A stretch of DNA of 64,000 nucleotides from Tortispora ganteri (taxonomy: Eukaryota). Below, one piece after another: positions 22,160-32,124 of this stretch. The notes under the pieces were generated by a model, which saw nothing but the letters and a program-made list of their open reading frames with translations, was not told where the DNA came from and ran no database searches. Made by a program: the position numbers and the translations under genes. The stretch covers positions 496,001 through 560,000 of the forward strand of contig PPNB01000004.1 in assembly GCA_003707115.1 (NCBI GenBank). Direction: 5' to 3'. How positions within the stretch are numbered: position 1 is the first letter of the stretch; the number at the start of each line of letters is the position of its first letter.

Positions 22160-25063
22160 ATGGATATTCAAACCCTCATTTCCAGTAACCAATATAATGG
22201 CATTGCGGCTTTAATAAAGTCGCGTGAACTGACGATTATTGACTTCATAACGACGTTACATCCTTATCTGATTGACACCGACGACGATACCCGTGCCAAT
22301 GCTAACTTCTGCTTGTCTAGTGTCATTGCGCTCATCACCGATACTCTTACCATTCAGCAGGTATCGGTGTTATTGCAGTTCTTTATCGATAAACTGAACG
22401 ATAGCGCCACTATTGAATCCTCACTAGACGCCATTTCAATATTGTCTGAAAGAGTTTTAACTGACTCTGAACTCACGGCTCTAATTGAAGCATTGAGCGC
22501 GGTCGATATGCAGTTTCTTCTTCAACCAGTACGCTACAAAGTATTCAAACTTGCAAATGTTTTGCTAAACTCTCAGAAGCTTCCAAACTCTTTTGTTAAA
22601 ATGTACATACATCTTGCAATGGGTGAAAAGGATCCAAGGAATCTGCTTGTTTCTTTTGAGAACGTATATTTAATTATTTCGAAACTTGACATTTCTCACT
22701 CGGTTGAAGATTTATTCGACATTTGCTACTGCTATTTTCCAATCTTATTTAAAGCATCGGCAAACTCAACTAACATTACCCCTGCTCAACTAAAAATGTC
22801 ATTGAATAAAGCTCTGAGTGCTACTCCCCTATTTGCATCTCAGCTTATTCCTTCCTTACTCGAAAAACTTAACTCTACCGCTACCTCTGTAAAAGATGAT
22901 GCTCTCACTTTACTCATTGCTTGCATCTCTTCTTATGAACCAGAAACTGTCGATTCATACTATAAGTCCATATGGAATACCGTCAAGTTTGAAGTCTATC
23001 ACACTCCTGAAGATTCCACAAGAAGTCTATCTTTGAAATTGCTGCAATTATTAGCTACCTCATTATCGCTCTGCGAATCCGATTCAGTAAATCTCTATAT
23101 TGAGTCTGTTATAAATGAATCTCTTGCAAAAATCACCGACCCTTCTGCTAGGGATTTGCTCCCTTATAGCTCGTTACTTTCATCTATTGCACAGTCAACG
23201 CCATATGTTTTTAAAAAAATATCTGACATGGTTATAAATGAAGTCATAAGCACTTGTCAAAAGTCTGCTGATATAGCTAAAAAGAAATCACTTCTGGCTA
23301 TTCTATCTCAATTGGTAGAGTCTTCTTACAAGGCTTACGGTTCGGCACACACTGATGGAACATTTCAGCCTCAAAAACTTCAAAATCCTCTGATAGATCA
23401 TTCACAATCATTACTGGATACCTATAACGATTATATTTTCTCTGCTTCAGACTCTCAATTTCGAGTTCTCGCAATTGAAGGTCTCGTGTTACTTGCCCAG
23501 TCTTCTTTACTCTCAAGAGACCAACTTTCATCTTCAATACAGTACATTGATGATATTTTACTCACTGAAAATGATAAGTCTTTAATAGATGTATCATTGA
23601 AATCACTGCAATCTCTGTCTAACATAGATGATTCTTTGATCATTGATATCACCTTTCCTGCTCTTCTCTCAGCTCTGGATTCAGCTGAACATATCCCGAG
23701 AGAGTATGGCTCAGTTCTTTACTATCTTTCATATTTATCAGTGCGAAGATCTGTATTTGATGTTCTGATTCGTCGTATTTTATCAAGAGTGGATTCTAGT
23801 ACTGATGAAGAGTATCTAAGTACTCTTCTTGGCGCGCTTCTTTATTCTCTCAAAATCCATCAAGATACTGATTACACTTATTACGTGTCTCGACTAGCCG
23901 AACCGCTTATAACTAGGCTTGTTAGATCATGGACTAATAGTTCATTGCCCATTCTATGCTCTTCTTCAAAAATTGTGCAAACAGTTGCTCGCATAGTAGA
24001 AATTATTATCAGAAACTCAACTGTTCAAGAATCATTCGCTTCTGAACTTATTACTCTCATGTTTTCAGAAAACTCATCAAAGTTTGGCGAGGGTGAAAAC
24101 TTTCATCCTTTGAAATCGCAAGCGGATATCTCAAAAAGCGAGACTGCTATGATTCTGTTCTGCAGGAGCTTTGCTCCATTAAAAGAAGATACTCCAATCC
24201 CCGGGATCGATATCGCTTTGCTGATAGAGGATCTGTACCAATTTAAACTGAAATCAAAGGATGCACATTCATACAGATTGATCACTCTTGCCCTCTTATC
24301 TAATAAGTATCTACATAATGTTAGCATTGTTGAGAACCTGGCAAGTTTTGACTCTCCTTCAGACCTGGAGAAGTTGGCTTGGATTAGCAAGGGACTATGC
24401 ATGAAAATGAATAGTTTTGGTTTCCATGTTTTCGAAGAATGCCTCAACAAAATAGGCGATGAGATACTGACGCCGATGCAAGCTATTGCAGTTGAAGTGA
24501 TTCTCGCCGATAACGAAATAGTTGAGAAAGAAAACTACGCTACTATTAAGCGGTTATATAGGCAACGGTGTTTAGGAATTGCAGTTCCTATTATTGTTGC
24601 TAAGTCTAAAGAAGGTACGGACCTTGAAAGGACGAATTCGCTCATAGCACTTGGCAAAATTATCAAACATGTTCCTGCAAAAGCATTATCTAATGAAATG
24701 GGGCAGCTCTTTGCGCTATTGCTTCAATGTTTAGACATAGATCAACCTTCTATACAAGAAGCTGCTGAAGAAGCGATTATTTCATCGCTAGATTTGAACG
24801 GAGATATTGTTGAGGAGCACCTTAACGGTGTGACAAGCCGTATGCTGAAGCTTAGTGTTTCAAGTAGTAGTTCTGATGTACGCAGGAAGGCATTAGAATG
24901 TATTACACATATACCCCTTGTCCTGAAAAGAAGTGATGTGCAAATTATTGCTAAACAGGTCTTGAAAGGAGTAGTTCCAGCGTTAAATGACAGTCGTCGA
25001 TCAGTGCGAAAAGCTGCCGTCGATTGCCGTGAAGCGTACTATCGTTTCGAGAATGCAAACTAG
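22160..25063 (+). CDS. MET18: MMS19/Met18 cytosolic Fe-S targeting HEAT-repeat scaffold (probable start ATG 22160)
   Basis: GEKDPRNLL, DLFDICYCYFPI, IWNTVKFEV, LYRQR and C-terminal LNDSRRSVRKAAVDCR. Confidence 0.93.
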   Translation: MDIQTLISSNQYNGIAALIKSRELTIIDFITTLHPYLIDTDDDTRANANFCLSSVIALITDTLTIQQVSVLLQFFIDKLNDSATIESSLDAISILSERVLTDSELTALIEALSAVDMQFLLQPVRYKVFKLANVLLNSQKLPNSFVKMYIHLAMGEKDPRNLLVSFENVYLIISKLDISHSVEDLFDICYCYFPILFKASANSTNITPAQLKMSLNKALSATPLFASQLIPSLLEKLNSTATSVKDDALTLLIACISSYEPETVDSYYKSIWNTVKFEVYHTPEDSTRSLSLKLLQLLATSLSLCESDSVNLYIESVINESLAKITDPSARDLLPYSSLLSSIAQSTPYVFKKISDMVINEVISTCQKSADIAKKKSLLAILSQLVESSYKAYGSAHTDGTFQPQKLQNPLIDHSQSLLDTYNDYIFSASDSQFRVLAIEGLVLLAQSSLLSRDQLSSSIQYIDDILLTENDKSLIDVSLKSLQSLSNIDDSLIIDITFPALLSALDSAEHIPREYGSVLYYLSYLSVRRSVFDVLIRRILSRVDSSTDEEYLSTLLGALLYSLKIHQDTDYTYYVSRLAEPLITRLVRSWTNSSLPILCSSSKIVQTVARIVEIIIRNSTVQESFASELITLMFSENSSKFGEGENFHPLKSQADISKSETAMILFCRSFAPLKEDTPIPGIDIALLIEDLYQFKLKSKDAHSYRLITLALLSNKYLHNVSIVENLASFDSPSDLEKLAWISKGLCMKMNSFGFHVFEECLNKIGDEILTPMQAIAVEVILADNEIVEKENYATIKRLYRQRCLGIAVPIIVAKSKEGTDLERTNSLIALGKIIKHVPAKALSNEMGQLFALLLQCLDIDQPSIQEAAEEAIISSLDLNGDIVEEHLNGVTSRMLKLSVSSSSSDVRRKALECITHIPLVLKRSDVQIIAKQVLKGVVPALNDSRRSVRKAAVDCREAYYRFENAN

Positions 25064-25125
25064 TACACTCAACAAGCATTGTATATAAGAATGAAAACTT
25101 CATGGTATATAAGAATATAGCAACA

Positions 25126-25881
25126 TTAAATTTTCATGAATCGTTTTAAGAGACGGGACTCGACACTGTCTAATACAGATTTAGAGTCCAATAATGCAAT
25201 GCTGTCAGCGTCGGCAAGGAACGTTTTGTGTGGATGTTCTCCAGGTGCCATGTTAGGCATCATGATATTTGCCATAGACGCAGCAGGCAAGCTTGCATCT
25301 ATGGAAGTGATTTCGGTATCAAACAATAAACTATAGAAGGATTTCAGGCCGAATAGAGTGAGAAGATACCAGGAAATCGAGGAGACCCAGCTTGCATCCA
25401 AATCCCGCGTATATATACCACTTTGGAGCATAGATTTGAACTGATAAGTTAACGGGAATGGCAATTGAAAAAGTACAAACCCAGAAAAGAAGTAATTGAC
25501 CCATGTCATCACTACAGTTTGCGGCAGCATATTAGCGATATTGCCTTTCAAAGAGGTAGTCATAGCTTTGGTGCCTGAAGGGTCAGACATGGGATTTAGT
25601 TTTTGGTCCTTGGTTTCTGGGTCTTTCAAAGCATGTCCTTGACAAAATTTTTCAATCAGAAATTGTCTTCTTTGGCTTAGTCCAGTCTTTGAGAGAGCAC
25701 AATGGTTTGATATGAGATTTCGACCGCGAAGTAGCCACTGTTGCTGTCGCAGTTCTAGCGGTTCAGGATTTGGCGAGTCTAATAATAATAAGGACAGATA
25801 GTTCTTTAATAGTCCTACCAGAAACATAATGTACAATATTGGGTATAGTACCCATGCAATTAATTGCGGATCAAGCAACAT
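25126..25881 (-). CDS. EMC3: ER membrane protein complex subunit 3 (Oxa1 superfamily)
   Basis: MLLDPQL..WVL.PI, PQTVVMTWVNYFFSGFV, LPFPLT.QFKSMLQSG and LDASWVSSISWY. Confidence 0.95.
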   Translation of the reverse strand: MLLDPQLIAWVLYPILYIMFLVGLLKNYLSLLLLDSPNPEPLELRQQQWLLRGRNLISNHCALSKTGLSQRRQFLIEKFCQGHALKDPETKDQKLNPMSDPSGTKAMTTSLKGNIANMLPQTVVMTWVNYFFSGFVLFQLPFPLTYQFKSMLQSGIYTRDLDASWVSSISWYLLTLFGLKSFYSLLFDTEITSIDASLPAASMANIMMPNMAPGEHPHKTFLADADSIALLDSKSVLDSVESRLLKRFMKI

Positions 25882-25983
25882 GGAGGAGTAAGTTATTGAG
25901 AGTAGAAAGTCGGGTGGGACCAGCAGCTACATTACTTAGAAAGAGAAACTAGTCAACGTTTAGACACGATTATCTTCAGAGAA

Positions 25984-26475
25984 ATGTCAATCAATCGATC
26001 TTCCACTGCTGATATGAAAAAGCATACAGATTTTGAAGTAATTAAATATTACAAGAAATTGTATGAACGAAATTACTACTATGAAGATGTATATTTGGTG
26101 ATCACATTCACCGCACTTGCAATTGCAGCTCTAACATCCTGGTATGACTACGACAAAGGATTCCAGAACGCGAAAACGGCTACCACAATCGGCGTCAGTT
26201 TATTTTTCATAGTTTATGGTGCTTCAATGGTGTGGAATATGACATACAATAAGAACTTACTATTCTACGGTCAATCAAAGGACGAACAAATATGGGTCAG
26301 AACATCTACTAAAAAATATACGCCAATTTATCAAATTGAGATCACATTTCTACGGGGCAACAATAAGAAAACGATAAAAGAAAAGACACCGTTCGGAAAC
26401 ATTTTTACCGAATCAGGGTCAATCGCCGTAAATCACTTTCAATCGTGGCTTCAGTCTTTAACGAAAGATGAGTAG
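25984..26475 (+). CDS. SPC2: Signal peptidase complex subunit 2 (SPC25 family)
   Basis: Two TM segments, TKKYTPIY and PFGNIFTESG resemble Spc2/SPCS2; the size fits. Confidence 0.7.
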   Translation: MSINRSSTADMKKHTDFEVIKYYKKLYERNYYYEDVYLVITFTALAIAALTSWYDYDKGFQNAKTATTIGVSLFFIVYGASMVWNMTYNKNLLFYGQSKDEQIWVRTSTKKYTPIYQIEITFLRGNNKKTIKEKTPFGNIFTESGSIAVNHFQSWLQSLTKDE

Positions 26476-26531
26476 ACTAAAATATGAATAAGATGTGTCT
26501 TCACTATCCGCCTGTCATCGCGCTCAAGAAT

Positions 26532-26978
26532 CTAGTACCTGAATTTAGATATGTCAATATTGTCCGATGGAACGACTTTTCCTAGGTCGTTTACAGAGTC
26601 AAACCCATCCAGAACAACTTCGCTGACGCCAAACTGGTACATGCCGGGTTTGTCCTCAATAGCTGCTCGTCTGTGCACCGCTTCAGCAGTGAGACAGTCA
26701 ATCCTCTTCTGTGCATATTCCGTCGACTCTATCTTAACTTCATCCGTACTGGACATTAAACTGGTAAAAGCTCTCCTAATAGGTGTAGTGCCTTGCTCAT
26801 CCGCATATGCTTTGTCGCTCACATAGACCACTCCCGCAATCGCAACATATCCAAGCGTCTTGATAACGCCTGATGACATAAGTGACGTCTCCGGTGTTAA
26901 CGGATCGTGACTGTCATGAGAGAATCTAACGTATCGCGGTTTTAATGTTCTAAAGCTTTGTCTACTAATTCTTAGCAT
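26532..26978 (-). CDS. Small single-pass mitochondrial protein, possibly a fungal complex I accessory subunit (17.8 kDa type)
   Basis: Arg-rich presequence MLRISRQSFRTLKPRYVRF, a His-rich stretch and one TM segment. The layout resembles the Neurospora 17.8 kDa subunit from memory only. Confidence 0.45.
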   Translation of the reverse strand: MLRISRQSFRTLKPRYVRFSHDSHDPLTPETSLMSSGVIKTLGYVAIAGVVYVSDKAYADEQGTTPIRRAFTSLMSSTDEVKIESTEYAQKRIDCLTAEAVHRRAAIEDKPGMYQFGVSEVVLDGFDSVNDLGKVVPSDNIDISKFRY

Positions 26979-27132
26979 TTTGTCGAGTTCTAAGTAGCTT
27001 GCGTTGCCTCGCCTTTCTTCGTGCTTATGATTGGTCAACCTCCTAGCAACATTCTTAACTTACAGGCTACCCCGTATTCTTTTCTAGATTACACTGTTCT
27101 TCTTGCACCATTGTATATACAAAATAATTATC

Positions 27133-27813
27133 ATGGAATTGTGGCTGATCTGGACCATAGTAGCATTCGGTCAGGTATTGGATATTTATAGAGGCGACCT
27201 GCGTGCGCTAGACGAATACACAGCTATAGACACTGCGCTTTCAATAATAGCTTCCAACGTTGTCGACACCGATCCGCAACTGCACCATGCATTAGACGTG
27301 CTCGAAGAATTAAATCATGACTATAAATATGCTATTTATTCAGTGAACTCAGAAATGCTGCCAATATTATCTTCAAAAATGGCTAAGACAGTAGATCCGC
27401 AGATCAAGGCGCTGATGGCTATGAACGTAGCGAGTTGTTTAAGAAATAATCAGCAAACATTACAACACTCAAAATCAATGGTTGCCCTTCTATTGGACCT
27501 CATAAAAATTGAAACTTCTTATGAAGTCAAAATGAGACTCATAAGCGCCCTCTCTGCTGCGCTTCAGCATCCTGAATCTGTGAATATTTTCAAGCTGAAA
27601 AATCATGGAACAGTTGAAAACGTATGTTTTACTAACTCTGTTCCTGAGCTAGTAGGTAAATGTGCATCGCTATTCCAAGATATAGCCGGTGACATGGATG
27701 CTTCTAAAAGAGAACAATGGAAGTGTAAATTGAGCTCGTTTTTGACTGACCACGAATATCAATGTTCACATGCTACTATCCAACGGATTCATGATTGCAT
27801 CGCGATTTTGTAA
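27133..27813 (+). CDS. SIL1: Sil1-like ER Hsp70 nucleotide exchange factor (armadillo core), short
   Basis: Signal-peptide-like N-terminus; LDVLEELNHDYKY and VASCLRNN match Sil1/Fes1-type motifs. Confidence 0.65.
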   Translation: MELWLIWTIVAFGQVLDIYRGDLRALDEYTAIDTALSIIASNVVDTDPQLHHALDVLEELNHDYKYAIYSVNSEMLPILSSKMAKTVDPQIKALMAMNVASCLRNNQQTLQHSKSMVALLLDLIKIETSYEVKMRLISALSAALQHPESVNIFKLKNHGTVENVCFTNSVPELVGKCASLFQDIAGDMDASKREQWKCKLSSFLTDHEYQCSHATIQRIHDCIAIL

Positions 27814-28737
27814 TTGCCACACTTTAATAATAGCCCGATAAACTCCTTTATTGGTGCTTCTCACGGTTTCATGACATAACTTTCCCTCTATTTGTTTGAA
27901 AAATTCAGGGATACCCCCTCCGACTCCGAAATAAATCTGCTTGGCCGCTACCAACCCGTACCCGTTAGGATTAATCGTATTCTGAAGTACCAGTGTGAAG
28001 TCGCTGATTGTACTTGGCTGATATATTGTTTCTGATGCTATCACCAAGTCATGCTTGCCTATAGCTTCAGCCATTTTTAATCCCCAGTGTCCACTGATAA
28101 CTCGTAACTGTATATTCCTGCATCTCAGAGCCTCGACAAATGAGTCCCTCACTTCCTTGACTAGCGGCAGTTCACCATCACGCTCAATATACGCAAATTT
28201 ATCAATTTCGTCATCAGGTGTGACAAATAGCGATTTACGTTCAGAGTCCTCGAGAGTACTGTACCATGCTAGAATTAAATTAGGAACAGTGACAAGTCGC
28301 AATACCCCAGGATTGTAATCGCAAACCACTAGTTCCCCAGAACTATTGTTCAAGATCCAGTTTTTTAATATAATGCACGAAGGAATTGCCGTGCCGCACC
28401 CTAACTCGACAACTGAATTTGGTATCGATATGTCTTTAAGGTACTCTCCAACATCGTAAGAACATTCCCAAGTTTTTAGACCTCCTTCGTACTCACCGGG
28501 TCTGAGATCTTCTGTATTTTCTAACAGTACATTCTCTTCGTCCGATAAATTCTGCTTGCTCATTAACTCATGTTTGATGTCGAAAAGGTCTCTCTTCAAC
28601 ACCGGTCCGTCGGTATAGCTGATTCGCCCTGGTAGTGATCCTAGGAGTTCCTCTAAACGGATTTCTCTGAACTCTTTATTGTCTTTATCGGGCAGATTTT
28701 CATTCTTTGGAGGATCTACAAAATTGAAACTAAACAT
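27766..28737 (-). CDS. HPM1: Histidine protein methyltransferase (METTL18 family)
   Basis: KRDLFDIK, GEYEGGLKTWECS, VVELGCGTAIP, DYN..VLRLVTVPN, ASETIY and AAKQIYFGVGGG. Confidence 0.93.
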   Translation of the reverse strand: MFSFNFVDPPKNENLPDKDNKEFREIRLEELLGSLPGRISYTDGPVLKRDLFDIKHELMSKQNLSDEENVLLENTEDLRPGEYEGGLKTWECSYDVGEYLKDISIPNSVVELGCGTAIPSCIILKNWILNNSSGELVVCDYNPGVLRLVTVPNLILAWYSTLEDSERKSLFVTPDDEIDKFAYIERDGELPLVKEVRDSFVEALRCRNIQLRVISGHWGLKMAEAIGKHDLVIASETIYQPSTISDFTLVLQNTINPNGYGLVAAKQIYFGVGGGIPEFFKQIEGKLCHETVRSTNKGVYRAIIKVWQLQNRDAIMNPLDSSM

Positions 28738-28821
28738 ATTCAAAGATTGGAAACTTTTACTGTGTGTGAATGGTATGGATTGTCTATGTGTCTGTATCTT
28801 GGTATGTTTATTGGTTACTTA

Positions 28822-30003
28822 TTAAGCTTTAGAAGCAGCTTCCAAACCTGTTTGAATGTCGTTAAGCAAATCTTCGATGTCTTCGATGCCCACAGACAGT
28901 CTAATAAGATCATCATAAACACCAACCTTCTCTCTCTCTTCCTTTGATATTCCAGAATGTGTCATGACAGCCGGTACTTCACATAGTGATTCGATGCCTC
29001 CAAGGGACTCGGCCAGAGTGAAAATCTTGGTGGTGGAACAGAACTTCGCCGCCCCTGCAGCTCCTCCAACTACACGGAAAGAGATCATACCTCCTCCAAG
29101 ACCATCTCTGTGTTGTTTAAGTACAATATTATGTCCTTTATGCGACTTAAGTCCAGGGTAGTTCACAGCCACTACAAAAGGGGATTGTGCAAGTCCCTCA
29201 GCGATGGCCTGGGCATTAAGAGATGCTTGACGAGACCTCAGGTGGAGTGTCTTTAGACCACGGTGCGCAAGCCATGAATCAAAAGGCGAAGGGACGGCAC
29301 CAATAGCATTTTGTAAGAACCTGAGCCTTTCGTGAATAACGTTCGAGTTCGTGACGGCTATACCCATAACGACATCAGAGTGTCCGTTCAAATACTTGGT
29401 GACCGAGTGAACAACAATATCAGCTCCAAGAGTCAAAGGATTTTGAATATATGAGGAGGCAAAAGTGTTGTCGACTACAACTTGAATGTTCTTCGCGTGC
29501 GCAAGATTAGCAACTTTCTGAATATCAGTAATGGACAGAGTCGGGTTAGAGGGAGATTCAATCCATACTAGCTTGGTATTCTCCTTGATAGCAGCATCGA
29601 AGTCTTCCTCAATATCGTGCACTAAAGTGACTTCGACGTTATGTGCATGTGCCACTTGGGTGAAGTATCTGTGAGTGCCTCCGTACACATCAGCGACTGA
29701 AACTACATGCGATCCAGGTGTGAGTGATTGCAGTACAACGGCAGTGGCAGCAGAGCCAGAACTGAACGCCAAACCGTGTCGGCCTTTCTCTAAAGCAGCA
29801 ACAGCCTTCTCGAATGCATCACGGTTGGGATTGGCAGATCTTGAGTACTCGTATCCGATAGGCGCGCCAGGTTCGGATTGCGCAAATGTAGTGGAAAGAG
29901 AGATAGGGGAGATAACAGCTCCAGTAACCGGATCAGATTCGGCTCCGGCGTGTACGGCGGAAGTGCCAAATCCATATTCGTTCGTAAAGCTATCAGCAGT
30001 CAT
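28822..30003 (-). CDS. CYS3: Cystathionine gamma-lyase
   Basis: YEYSRSANPNR, ESPSNPT, PLP-lysine motif HSVTKYLNGHSD, and LAESLGGIESL. Confidence 0.95.
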   Translation of the reverse strand: MTADSFTNEYGFGTSAVHAGAESDPVTGAVISPISLSTTFAQSEPGAPIGYEYSRSANPNRDAFEKAVAALEKGRHGLAFSSGSAATAVVLQSLTPGSHVVSVADVYGGTHRYFTQVAHAHNVEVTLVHDIEEDFDAAIKENTKLVWIESPSNPTLSITDIQKVANLAHAKNIQVVVDNTFASSYIQNPLTLGADIVVHSVTKYLNGHSDVVMGIAVTNSNVIHERLRFLQNAIGAVPSPFDSWLAHRGLKTLHLRSRQASLNAQAIAEGLAQSPFVVAVNYPGLKSHKGHNIVLKQHRDGLGGGMISFRVVGGAAGAAKFCSTTKIFTLAESLGGIESLCEVPAVMTHSGISKEEREKVGVYDDLIRLSVGIEDIEDLLNDIQTGLEAASKA

Positions 30004-30139
30004 TTTTGTATTCTAGAGAGTAAGCAGATGGCGTCGCCTCAAGTATTGTCTAAAAATGAGTGCAGTTTTTATTTAAATAGTTTCGTATTCTGCGTCACCG
30101 CGCAGCGTGAGTAAAATATTCTCTTCATTATTGTGTCAT

Positions 30140-30147
30140 GTCACGTG
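30140..30147. promoter_or_regulatory. Cbf1-type E-box GTCACGTG upstream of CYS3
   Basis: Exact RTCACRTG about 137 bp upstream of the CYS3 ATG; Cbf1 is an established regulator of yeast sulfur genes. Confidence 0.55.
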
Positions 30148-30303
30148 TTAAATATTGGGACCATTTACCTAATATGGTAATGGTATTAATAAGCAGCGAT
30201 GAGGTGGGAGCTTTCCGAGGGTCTTATCGGTAAATTCATCATAAAGGTTCCTAGAACAATGACTGATAAGTGTATGCTGCGGTCAATGGTAAAGAAACCA
30301 TCA

Positions 30304-31254
30304 TTAATTTCTCAGTCGTTGCTTCTTAATCCTCTGACGTTCTATTTCGCGCTTCTCCTCTTCGAGATCTTCCATTCGTGCGTACTTGGAACTGCGTAGT
30401 TCCTCTTCGAGCACTTGACTCCCTGAAGCTTCCATGTCGTCGTCATCTATGTCGTCGTCTAAATCGACAAAATCCTCTCTAGTGCGACCACGTCCAAGTA
30501 TCTTCCAAATTTCCTTGCGATAGTCATCAGTATCACACTGCTCTTCTTCTTCATTCCCACTGTCTTCTATGAAATCATCCAAATCTTCATCATAGTCTTC
30601 TTCGTATCTGCCACTGATACGTTCGGTTCGTTTTCTCTTCTTTAATTTAGCTTGGAGTTCTTTGCTTGGTTTGGAATAAGATAAGCTTTCCTTAGTGGAA
30701 GCAGAAACTAATGCATTAGTCCGAATCTGAGGTTCTGTACTAACTGATCTAGATTCTGAGGCGAGCCTAGCTTCTCTTGCTTTTTTCCTTTCGAGCGCAC
30801 GCTTTTGTGCTGAAGTCAGTGACCTCGAAGATTTAATATCTATTTTCAATTTCTTGTTCTCTGAAGAGCGGGCTTTCTGCATTAACTCACGGAAACTGAG
30901 CTTCGGTTTAGGTGGTTCTTCGATCGGCTGTGGGCCTGCAAACCCAATAGGAACAGGTTTGGTTGCAGCTTTAGCCTTCTGTAGCTTCTGCGTACGCTTA
31001 ACATTCTTTACTGCTTCTTCCTTTTGTATCTTCTCTGCGGCCCTTGCTTCTTTCAGTCTCCTGACTTTCTCTTGTTGCAACAATCGATCCTTTTCAGACA
31101 GAGCACGAGCGGCTGGTTGCTGAGTACGAATCACCTTTACGGTTTTCTCAGGTATCTTTTGCGGCTTCAGGCCTTCAGATTCTGGTAGTGGACTAACAAT
31201 TTTGTTAGTGCTAGACTTTCCTGTTTTTACTTGTGATAATAAATTACTGAACAT
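30304..31254 (-). CDS. SPT2: Chromatin protein Spt2
   Basis: LSFRELM, DLDDFIED, EIWKI and DMEASGSQVLEEELRSSKYARMEDLEEE (SPT2 C-terminal domain). Confidence 0.88.
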   Translation of the reverse strand: MFSNLLSQVKTGKSSTNKIVSPLPESEGLKPQKIPEKTVKVIRTQQPAARALSEKDRLLQQEKVRRLKEARAAEKIQKEEAVKNVKRTQKLQKAKAATKPVPIGFAGPQPIEEPPKPKLSFRELMQKARSSENKKLKIDIKSSRSLTSAQKRALERKKAREARLASESRSVSTEPQIRTNALVSASTKESLSYSKPSKELQAKLKKRKRTERISGRYEEDYDEDLDDFIEDSGNEEEEQCDTDDYRKEIWKILGRGRTREDFVDLDDDIDDDDMEASGSQVLEEELRSSKYARMEDLEEEKREIERQRIKKQRLRN

Positions 31255-31497
31255 GTAAAAATCAAAGGAGAAGGGAGGGTCGCAATGAATGAGTGCTGAA
31301 TGCTATTTCAGGAATGTGGGTGAGGTTCTGGGCGGAGAAAGGGTCCGAAAACCCAAGACATATCCTCCAGCTTGCCCGCAATTGCACAGGAATCCCAAAT
31401 CGTCTACTGTGGAATTGATCGCGTTATTACGAACTACAATATTACACTACATGAAAAGTCTTATAAGAAAATTCTGATCGTATCACACATAAAACAC

Positions 31498-31827
31498 TTA
31501 GTCAAACAGACCAAAGCCCATGTCGTCATCAGACTCTTCCTTTTCTTCCTCCTTAGCTTCTTCAGCGGCTTCTTCAGCACCACCAGCACCGGCAGCAGCT
31601 CCTCCGGCAGCGGGGGCAGCAGCTCCTCCAGAGGGAACAGTAGCAAGCTTCTCAGAACCTTCAGCAATGAGCTCGTCGACGCTCTTGCCTGAGACCTCCT
31701 TAAGGAGAGTCTCAATACGAGCCTGATCGACTTCAGCACCAACCGATCCAAGGACAGCAGAGATGTCGTCGGCAGTGGGCTCCTTGCCAGCAGAAGTGAG
31801 CAACAGATAAGCAGCAATGTATTTCAT
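31498..31827 (-). CDS. RPP2: 60S acidic ribosomal protein P2
   Basis: [10 protein letters not shown] start, Ala/Gly hinge and C-terminal [13 protein letters not shown]. Confidence 0.98.
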   Translation of the reverse strand: MKYIAAYLLLTSAGKEPTADDISAVLGSVGAEVDQARIETLLKEVSGKSVDELIAEGSEKLATVPSGGAAAPAAGGAAAGAGGAEEAAEEAKEEEKEESDDDMGFGLFD

Positions 31828-31959
31828 TTTTTTTCGTAAAGAGAAGAATAATCAAATTAAGCGGTTAAAAAATTCGCAGACTATCCTTTCGAATAATGAC
31901 AATTAGTGTGTGAGTTCGCTGAGTGCTTCGTCTGGGAGTATGCGTTGCAGCAAAAGTTT

Positions 31960-32032
31960 TAGCAGTCACAACCCTACCTAAGGGTATTTTTGTGCCACTT
32001 ACCTTGCACAGCTTACCCTAAGTAGCAGTCAC
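31960..32032. promoter_or_regulatory. HomolD boxes (CAGTCACA/G) plus a HomolE/IFHL-like element in the RPP2-RPS15 divergent promoter
   Basis: TAGCAGTCAC occurs twice (31960-31969 and 32023-32032). ACCCTACCTAAGGGT is at 31971-31985 and TACCCTA at 32014-32020. Confidence 0.75.
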
Positions 32033-32124
32033 GCTCTCATACGCGCAGCCCTTTTCCAACAGCAAACACCCAATACTCTGAGTTCACACCTAACTCTGCT
32101 AGTCTTTATCCTATAGTATTCAAC

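Noticed and set aside
30196..30203. PAC motif GCGATGAG between CYS3 and SPT2
   Set aside because: Single site with no paired RRPE, and CYS3 is not a ribosome biogenesis gene; likely chance.
32089..32116. CCTAACTCTGCTAG before RPS15 resembling a branch site plus acceptor; the same 12-mer occurs at 56627-56638
   Set aside because: No good donor between the HomolD boxes and this site, and the ATG at 32125 already gives a complete protein. A few 12-mer matches are expected by chance.
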